In this document: piece by piece, positions 25,553 through 35,400 of the stretch
Layout: each line of letters begins with the position of its first letter
Position numbering within the stretch: the first letter of the stretch is position 1
Virus record (IMG/VR): IMGVR_UViG_3300030329_002830
Coordinates: 1-64,000 of that record
Source: a virus
Strand: one strand, 5' to 3'
DNA: 64,000 bases
The notes under the pieces: model-generated
What the model was told of the DNA's origin: nothing
Seen by the model: only the letters and a program-made list of their open reading frames with translations
Databases searched by the model: none
Position numbers and translations under genes: made by a program

Positions 25553-25978
25553 CTATCGGCTGCGGTTATCGGCCCAATGAAGCCTTGCTGTAGCAACCTC
25601 CGGGCTTCCAGTTGCGTCATCAACCAAAACCCAGAGATAGCAGGTTCCTGCTGTGGTCTGCGCTGTAGGAGCCGTTGCATCCATATCGAGGGAAATTGTC
25701 ACATGCTTTAGGTTGGACGTTGATCCAGACTGAAGCTTGTAGCCGGTGGCCTCACCCGACATAGGATGGTCCCTACCGCTATCCCACGTCAAGAATGCAG
25801 ACAGAGTAGTCGCGCTGTTTGCATTCGTGAGTGAGATGTCTACGTGAGACAGCCAGCATGACTGCGGCATGGCCCGAGACTTGGCATCAACAGTGTCCTT
25901 CTCCTTTAGAAGAAGGCCATTGCCATACGATGTCGTGATCTCAGTCGTAGCGTTGTCGTTACAGATGAATCCCCGCAT
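25553..25978 (-). CDS. putative virion structural protein
   Basis: GGAGG RBS; beta-rich; structural module. Confidence 0.6.
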   Translation of the reverse strand: MRGFICNDNATTEITTSYGNGLLLKEKDTVDAKSRAMPQSCWLSHVDISLTNANSATTLSAFLTWDSGRDHPMSGEATGYKLQSGSTSNLKHVTISLDMDATAPTAQTTAGTCYLWVLVDDATGSPEVATARLHWADNRSR

Positions 25979-26005
25979 GGGAACCTCCTACTCAGGGATT
26001 CAGGA

Positions 26006-26407
26006 TCAGGTAGCGGTGGTGACCATCGCGTACCAGTACGTTCCATCGCAAAGACATGTCGCGATTTCATCTGCGGCAACATCGGAGTTAGCAAGCTGAA
26101 GCTCCGCAACAGAACCACTTGAATTGACATACTTCAGTTCAAGGTTGTTCGATGAGTGGCTGTTTACGACATAGAGAATCATGCCCTTGCACTGTCCGAC
26201 CGGGGGAAGGACCAAGTCGTCATCTCCCGCCCCAGGGGTCACAGTAACAATCTGTCCCGTGACCTGCTTTTGGCCAGCAGTGCTCGTTGGGTTCATCTTG
26301 AGCGTGCAGACATTGCTATCAAAGTCAGCCGCAGCGACAACCGTGACGCCTACAGACATCGGGGGGGTCGGGAAGCGGCCACCAGAAGAGGCAAGAACAA
26401 GAGACAT
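26006..26407 (-). CDS. putative virion structural protein
   Basis: LVLP...GMILYVVN...CDGTYWY, fibre-tip-like module. Confidence 0.6.
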   Translation of the reverse strand: MSLVLASSGGRFPTPPMSVGVTVVAAADFDSNVCTLKMNPTSTAGQKQVTGQIVTVTPGAGDDDLVLPPVGQCKGMILYVVNSHSSNNLELKYVNSSGSVAELQLANSDVAADEIATCLCDGTYWYAMVTTAT

Positions 26408-26465
26408 CTTTTACTCCATGCGGGGAGGGTTTAGGGATTCGGTCAGTAGAATAACATACTCAAAG

Positions 26466-29400
26466 CTACTCGGGCTCTGACGGTTCATATTCTTTAAGTG
26501 CTCTCTCAAGAACATAGATTTGGTCTTTATACAGCTTAGCCTCGCGAGCGTATTCGTGTTCAAGTGGTTTTGGTCGTGCGCCCATCAGGCCATAGAACTC
26601 AAGAATGGAAAAGTCTGTGGGGTCATCTTCGTAAAGGTTTGGACGTGGAAGCATTGTGTCGCCTCTCCACCCTTCTCCGCCAACCATTCTGCGAGCAGTA
26701 GGCGCCTCAAGCCATCCAGCTTCCTCAAGAGGATGTCTCGCATGTTCCCTAAATAGCGCCGAAAGCTCTACTGCGGTTTCTACAGGTCCAAGGTTGGCTC
26801 TATCCATGGCAGAGATAGTATCCATAGAGCGACCGGCGCCTGGTATTTGCAGCAAGTTTCGCCACATCCACCAATGTGTTCCGTTCGTAGCGACGTACCG
26901 ACCACGGCCCGGTGCATCTTCGTATGCCTTGTTGTCTACGGGCTCCCACTTAACTTCCAAAAACTCGTAGAGTTGTCCACCGAACATGTTTGCGTCCAGT
27001 TCAATCAGCCACGCTGGAACGACATTGTTTCGATTGATGTCGTACCCAAAGTAGAAGTCTTTCTCACCGGCAACAATAAACGGGGCCTGAACCCACGGTG
27101 TTGCCCGAGACACAAGACCCCTGAATGCGTCCTTTCCGCGCTGGCTTTCCTTAAATGCGGCAACATCGTAAATGTCGGCCATGAGCCTGATCGCATCCTC
27201 AACAGGCAACATCGGCAACAAGAAGGCCGTGCCCTTTTGTCTGTGCTGATTGTGGTAGTTCCCAATGGACCCAGCAAAAAGACGTGTATCCATCCACTCT
27301 GGCAGCACAAGCAATGGGTCCTCTTCATCAAGAACCAACCGTTGCGACCCACGAATCAGGCGCATTTGAGCAATAAGCCTTTGAGGGTTTCTCAGGAACG
27401 TGTCCCAGAACAAATCGATGTTCTTTCTCTGGTACGAATAGAACATGACGGTGTTGCGCATAAACTTGCGCTCAAACTCAGTCAGGTCTGAGTAGTCGAA
27501 TCCTGCCTTTCTCGCTATGTCTGCCGCAGCGGATGGAGACTTACCCATCGCCAACTCATCTACAAAGATGCTTACTCTAAAGTAGTTATCAATGGCAGTG
27601 GCAGTCTCGATCATGTTCTGCTGCCACCATTTTGGGGATCGCCTAATAAAGCCAGCAAGCTTTGGCATCCGTTGTTCGATGTCTCTCGATATGGCCTGCG
27701 CTGTTTCAGCCTGAATGAAACTTGATTTCATTCCATGCCGAATCGCCAAGTGTCCAATCATGTCGTCGGTATAGACCTGGCCAAACCTCGTCACGATTGC
27801 GGGAGCGTGTGGCGTATATCCGCCCTCTTTCCACATTCGAGCAACCACAGCGCCAACCATGTCAGGCCGGCGACCAACCATTTTAAGGAAAGACCCAGGC
27901 ATCTTTGCCAGATACTTCCCGGCAGCAAAGAACCCCTGCGTCTGGTACGCCTGGAACAGCGCACCCAAACTGACACCCGCGTAGTAAGCCGGGTTTGGCA
28001 GGCCAAGGCCGGTAGTCACGCCCATCTTAATCCGTGATGCCGTGACCGGATTCAGGTCCATGATTGTGTCGAACGCTTTGGCAAGGTGCAGTTGAGCGCG
28101 AACGGACTTGGTTTTTTCCGTTGGTGATTCAAGCGCAACATTGCCTCGTGCCGACTTAAGAACACGACCCTTGCCTGCCCATCCTGTCCAAGCCTGACCG
28201 ACATTAGTTGCACGGGACACGGCATCTTCGATTTCTTTGATGAGCATGAGCGGCACCAGCGCCTCAGTGCCATCAGGCATCGTGTACCGTTGCCACTTGC
28301 CCTTACCAAGCTTGAACCCCCATCCAGCCAAAAGGTCATGCGCCTTTGTATAGGCCACCATGTCTTTTGTTCCAATACCCCAACGGCCAGGCCCAGCATC
28401 TTCTGGCAAGTCATGAAGGTTGAACATGTTGTTCGGTGGCGCAGGCGCAGGGTCGTACTTTGCTGGCGTTGTATCGGTCTTTCTGCGCAAAAATGCGTTT
28501 GAATCCCAACTCATTTCTTTGTTGATGTAAAACGCAACTCGGTCCACAAACTTGTCCCGGTCCAAAGACGTGCCAGGGCCAAACTTGCGGTGTTCGGTCA
28601 TTTTTCTCGCATCAAGGGTGACGCCGTACTCTGCCAGATTCCTGGTCATCTTGCTTACAATCTCATTGGCCCGCATCCGTGCGACCATCTCAAGCATCGC
28701 CAGGCTCTGGTCATACTCTGGAATCGCTTCTGGGCTTGCGCCGATGTCACGGCCACGCAGCCCAGCCCAATCAAACAGAGACTCAAAGTCGCCGTTGTAG
28801 AACCAGTCGTAGACCATTCTGTATTCGATTTCAGCGCGCTCAATCAGCAAGTTTGCGTCTGATGTTCCCTCAAGCGACATGATGATTTCTTTGGCACGAG
28901 AGACAACATCTTCTTTTCGCGTCCAAAGACCGTGATGAATCTCACGGATTCCATCACCGATGGCATACAAGTCGGCATCCGTCAGGGCTTCCGTTGGGGT
29001 GTCTTCGTAGGTGCGAAGAATGCGAAGTGCCGAGCGCTCATGATCCGTCAAGCCATTTGAATTCTGTAACAGGCCCTGAATGGCGTCCAGTTGGTCATTG
29101 ATTTCCATTCTGGTAAGCTGCGCAACTTCATCGCCCGAAGCAATCTCACCGCGCTGCATGCGGCCAAGGCGCCTGGATTCAGCCTCAAGGACACCGCTAA
29201 GACGGTCTACAAGGCCAAAGAGTCGCGAAGTGTCGCCTACGTTTACTGGCGCCACAAGCTGACCAATCATGCTCTTGTAGACTTCACGCCAAACCGTAGC
29301 ATTGTCAGTCTTGATGGCGCGGTCAGCCATCTGTAGAAGCCATCGGTCAATCGTGTTGAGTTCTCGCAGGCTCTCCTGAACAACGCCACGCGGAACTGGA

Positions 29401-32400
29401 TCGATGTAGTCATCACCGAACCCAGATGTCTTGAAGTTCTCAATGATCTTGTTTCTTATTGTCCGCACCTTGCCGCTTCTCTTTGCGGCAATCTTGGACA
29501 TTGTGTTGACTGCGTTGACCATGGCGTGGCCAAGGGTCGGTGAGATGTTCTCTGCGTAGCGGGTAGCTCTGGCCGACACGCCAGCCTCAACATCAATCAT
29601 GACCTCAAGGATTCGGTTGTATTGCTCAACACCCATAAGAGTAAAGTCAGCAGCACCGTCGAGCATGAAGTCAGGCATGATGTTGGACATTGGTTCGGCG
29701 CCAAGCTCATGAACCAGCGTCTTCATTCCGGCAGCCTGTGCTGGAGATAGCTCGATAATCGGCTGGTCGTACCGCATGGTAAACCCAGGCTGCGCACCGA
29801 GCCTCCGAGACACGTCCTCCGGCAAAGACTCATTGGCATTGTATGTCTTGAGGTTCTTCGGGTGGTCTCCCAGGGCGGCAGCAATGCGATGCTTTACAGA
29901 GCGCTCAATGCGCTTCATCCGTGACCTCGGAATGAATGTGCGCTTCGTCAAGCGAACCCACTCATCACCAATAAGGCCACGCTTAAAGTGCTCTGTAGCC
30001 ACGTATGCGATGGCATTGTTGACTACCTCAACAACATCAACTTCTGCACTGACGGGACGCCGCCGTGGAGCCCACTCATGTACGTCTGGGTTCGCGCTGA
30101 TGTCTTCAAAGTACACCTCAGACTTACCGCCAAGAGCTTGCCTCACACTTTCTGGCCGCAGGTCAACCCGCGCAGCTTCACGCGCACGACCAGCCTTCTT
30201 AACGGCCTCTGCTTCAATTCTTGCCGCGCGAGCCGGGTCAACAACAACCGTGGGATGGCGCTTCTTCATCACCTGGGCCTGAGTCGTTGACGCATACTGC
30301 CGGACTTGTTGATCTGGGCGCAACCACCGATCCCAAAGGTCTTTCATTTCCCTTGGGATGGCTGGATCTTGACCGCGAAGTCGCCGCCATATCTCTTTAA
30401 TGGACCAAAGAAGCTGCTCAAACAGCCGCTTGACGGGGCCGGAGGGCGAGAACTTCGACTGCATGTAGTGCATCCATGCATCAGCAAGTTGCTCCTCACC
30501 AAAGTCCGTCAGCCTGTATGTTCCATCCGGCATGACCTCGTGTTCAAAATGGCGAACAAGCTTGTTCATCCACTTGTTGCCCATGATGGCAGACACAAGG
30601 TGGCCGGACTCATGCCAAAGCGTGTTGATGTCGCCATTGCGGAACAGGGCAACGACGTACTTGGCGGCTACGGGATCCCACTCAAAATATCCGAGAGCCT
30701 CGCCCTCACCCATCATGTAGCGGACTCGCGGGTCAGCCGGGTCGAACGTGCCACGGTTGAACTTGGACTTGATCTGAGTGGGCTCGAAGACCATGTAGTG
30801 GTACGTCCCAGGCTTTACGCCCTCCATACCACGCCGCGTTACGCCAAACTGCTTTCTTGGGCCGAAGTGATAGTGGGCATCCGCAACGATACCGTCGAAT
30901 CCCATGCGCTCAAAGACAACACGCATGAACTCCGCGTTTGCGGTGTTTCCAGTGTCTGGATCATCAATGAACCAGTCGCCCTCGCGAATACGATCCATCA
31001 AAGTGGTTGCGTCAATCTCACCATCCGCCAAGTCATCAAACAATGACTCCTTGAACCGAGCAACCTCATCTACGGCGTCAAACTCGGAAGCAACCTCGTC
31101 TATTGTTTCGAACAACCGAATGGCGGAGCCTTTTTCATCAACAATGTCGCCAACATCGTCATACACATACTCCAACTCGAAGACGGTACGGCCCTTCTTG
31201 CCTGACGGGTCGAGGTACACCGGATTTTCCATCTTCAGATAGACGGGCAATACGCTGAACTGCTGATCGCCTAACGCTGCCTGACGAGCCATTTGCTCAA
31301 TAATGTCAGACTCATACGCATCAATAAGTCCGTCAGCGTCTTCGGCATCGATAAGACGCCGCAACTCTGGCGTCTGCTTTAGTCGACGCGCGGCATCCAA
31401 AATGTCAACTTCGTCAAAGTCAGCAAGAGACTCAATCCGATCAATCTCTCGATCAACCCGACTTTTGATGTCGGGGCCTTCAATCCTTGCGTAGTTTCGA
31501 TTTACATCAACAACATCATCGCTAAAGTAAATTGACGAGCCAAACGCACCCTCAATATTGCCCCGCTCAAACGCATCGAAATCCCGTGACGTGCCATGGT
31601 AAACAACCAGCGGCTCACCAGCGTCATCGACCACCATGGACCCACCAAACCACCGCCGAAAAGCCGGGGTCTCGGAAACAGGGGTGACGGGTTCCTCTAC
31701 CTGTCTTGCAGCAGCCTTTTGACCAAACGAAATTGCTGGCGGGTCGCCATCAAACTTCAGTCGCTCTCTGGGGAAATCGACAACCCCGAAATCTCTGCGG
31801 GCACGCGCTTTAAGGAGTAGAGCTTCTTCAAGAGTAGCTCGCCGTCCAACGTCTGCGATGAGTCGGTCGAGGGCGACTCTGTCAACACCGGGTCTTGTGA
31901 ACCAGGGGATTCCGGCAGAGGCGGGGTCTGAGATTTTGAAGCCACGAGGAACAATCCTGTTTTCTATGTTCTTGTTTTTTGTGTGCTTGTCGAGAACATC
32001 ATAGTACGCACGCACCGCAGACTGGTCAAGAATGTAGGGGCGACCAGCAGAGTCCTCAAGAATGTAGACTCTGCGGCCATCATCCAACGGAACATAGTGC
32101 ATCCCGTATCGACGCATCGCAAACTTGCCTTCACGGACATAGACGCCGCGTGCTGGCTCACGAACATTTAAGGCTTCTCTAAGAAGGATCGAAAGCGTGT
32201 TGTGGCCAACCTCTTGACCGCTACTCGCTACCCAGCTTTCCCAGTGAAAACGACCAATAGAACCAGCACCCTCGCGACCAACAGCCCGATACGCAGAATC
32301 CATGTTGGCAAGAATTGCTTCCTCAATGACTTCATACAAGGCCAGGCCGCGTGCGCCATTTAGAACCTCTGCCATTCCGCGCTTTGTCGAGATTGGGTGA

Positions 32401-35400
32401 GGGTTTTTTGCCCAGCGTTGCCACGCCTCTGCTGTTGTCTTCTTGGCAAAGCTTTCGTAGATGTCTCTCATTCCGCCATAGTTTCTTGTGGCGCTATCCC
32501 AAAAGTGATTCGCTTGAACCCGGTCAATGACCGTGACATCGGTACGACCGGCCACAAGAAGCAGAAACGATAGGATCTTGTTGTCGACACCAGACTTTTC
32601 AACCAAAGAAAAGTAGTTTCGCCTGATCTGCTTCGATGGCATGGACTGATCCAAGATCATGTCATGCAGCACCTGAAGCGGAATCTGGCCCGCATTCGGG
32701 TGGTCGCTTGGGAGCGGCTTGCTCATCTTAAACAAGAACTGCTTGCCAAAAGAGTTCAGATTGGCCAGAGCGCCACCACCCGGACCATCAGGGTTGATCA
32801 CAGGCTTTTGGGCCCTCATGACCTTAGCTTCATCTTTGGTGATTTCACCCGCACTCAACAGACGCTTGATTGCATCGGGCTTTTCACTCTTGCTGCCAAC
32901 CCAAACCAAAAACCTATCAAGCTCAGGACTGCCCTTTGGATACCCATCTGCGGCCTTCGCAAAATCACCCCTCGCCGCAGACCGAATGTATGGCTTGACG
33001 TTCGCCAAGAATGCATCAATAAAGGCCGCCTCATGCGGGTACGACGAAAGAGACCGGCTCAAGATTGACCAAAGCAACAACTGGCCCGTCAGGACTACGT
33101 CGGCCTGGCCCGCCTTGTACAAACCACCAATCTGAGACGTAAGCTCAACACCGAAGTTGGCCTCCTCAATCTGGCCAGGAGTCAGCCTCTTGAGCAACGA
33201 CACCATGGAGTTTGGGTCTGTAAGGTATTCCCGCGCCTTCCAAGGCGGCTGAAGCACCTGCTTGTTGCCAGTTACAGCGGACCAAAACTTGTTCCATAGC
33301 CGGTCATTTTCAATCGGGTTGACATCGCCAAGCCCGGCACGAATTTCATCAATACGCTCAAATGATGCCTTTGCATTTCGAGGTGACGTTCCATACGGAA
33401 CTGGCCGCTCAAGGTTGGCGTCACTTACGCGAGTCGTGCGAGTAAGCGCAGATGGTACACCAGAACCTCTTGGCGAGATGTCCGTGTACCTCTCTATTAG
33501 CTCATTAATCCTTTCCTGCGGAATCTTCGGAACATCTTTAGTCTTGCCTTTGGCGAACTCTTTATTCATGTACCCATTAAGGGTCTCTGCAAGAACCTGT
33601 ACCCTTTGGGATGCGCTGATTTCATCCACAGAGGTCTTTCCAGTCATCTCCGCAAGACGCTTCTTGAAGAAAGCATCCTTGTCTGGGTTGATTCGAAGAT
33701 CACCAAGAACACCACGCAGGTCCTCCAAAGACACCGCGCGAGTAACGCCGGAGCCCTGCACGCCAAGCGGGTAGCCCTTTAGGTTCTTTGCGGGCTGGCC
33801 CTGAACGCTGACGACAATCTCCAGGTCATCAAGAGAGCCAAGCATCCAGACATCATCAGCCCGGACTGGAACCTCAACCATAACCAAGTTCTTTTGGCTT
33901 CTGCGGGTGTGGTGACGCTTAAGCGCATGAGACCCCTCTGGGGTCAGAGAAACGCTAACAGGGCCAGACACACGGCCATTTCTCCATGCTTTAAGCATGG
34001 TTTTCGACATCAAAGCATAGCCATTGAATGTTTCGCCAAGGCGCTCCTTAAGCACAGAAGACAAAGCCTGTCGATATTCGCCAAACCCATCATGCTGGGC
34101 GGCGTCTTTTGCAATCTTCTGCCCGCGAGAAGCCCGATTGGTCTTAGTGTATTCAGCTTCAATCGGGCGAAGCTTGTCGGGAACATCGACGCGAGCCAAG
34201 TCACTCATCGTGTCCAATGTAGACTTGTATGGTGCAGGGTTCAGGTCTGGGATCTCATCGGAAAGCTGAAATCTTGCGAACTGTCCCGGCGTTCCATCAC
34301 GTTGAACTCGAATGACATTGTCGAAGAACTCATTAACGGAGGCAATCGGAACGTCTGGATCAGACGCCATCCTGGCCGCAAGTGTTTCAAAGACGGCTTT
34401 AATCATGGGATTTGCACGAGCATCCCACCGACCATCCTGCGCAAACTCATCCAGCGTCCTGGAGAAGTCTTGATACCCCTGACCCTGCCTCATTGCCCGG
34501 TCGGTTGGCGCATTTCCGCTGGCAGCCATGTCACGAGCGCGCGTGAAAACATCCCGACCCTGACGCACAGTGTCAGCATAAACACCAAGAGCTTCTTCAG
34601 GCTCAATCCCGTAAACACGTAGCGCTTCGCTTACTTGGTCTTTTGTGTTTGATGGAAGAATATCAAGGGGACTTTTGCCCTGTGCTACTGCTGAATCAGC
34701 GGCTGCCTTGTAGAAGTGATTGGCAGCCGTGACTGCATCAGCATCTTCAAGCCCATATCGGTGCTTGTAGGCCCACGGAGACATCCCCGCCAGGAAACCT
34801 TGCGGGCCAATTCCAGCCTTTTGGCCAGCCTTGGCAAGTCGAACGGCCTGCATTGGCTGAACAACGCCTGTCCGAACCATCCTGCCAGCAGTCTTCAAGA
34901 ATGGAGTTTCCCACGGCGTTCCAAAATCAGCAAGAATTGAAAGGTAATTTCCCGCAACATACCCTTCATCATCCGTGGACATCCCCTGTGTCTTCATGAT
35001 GTCCGTGATGCGAGGCTGAACACCGACCTCTCCAGTCCCGATTCTGGCCAGCGCAATAGCGGCAACACCCATCGGGCTGTCGGGCGCACGCAAGAGACCT
35101 TCGGTATCACCGATAAGCCCCGCATAAGCCTCCATCGGGGCCAAGTATACTTCCGGCGCGGCGCCACCCAGCCAGCGGAACCACTTTGAGCCAGTTGACT
35201 CTACAACGTACAGGTTGCCCTCATGCTCCTCCACGTCCATCATTGTGCGCTGAATCCAATGCTGCAAGGTCCGCATCTGGTCGCCACCGCTGGCATCAAC
35301 GGCTTTAAGCTTTCTTTCAGCCCACTCTTCAAGCTCTGGCATGGTCGGAATCGCGCCATTGACGGACGCATACATCCCAGGAACCATCGCAAAAGACCCA

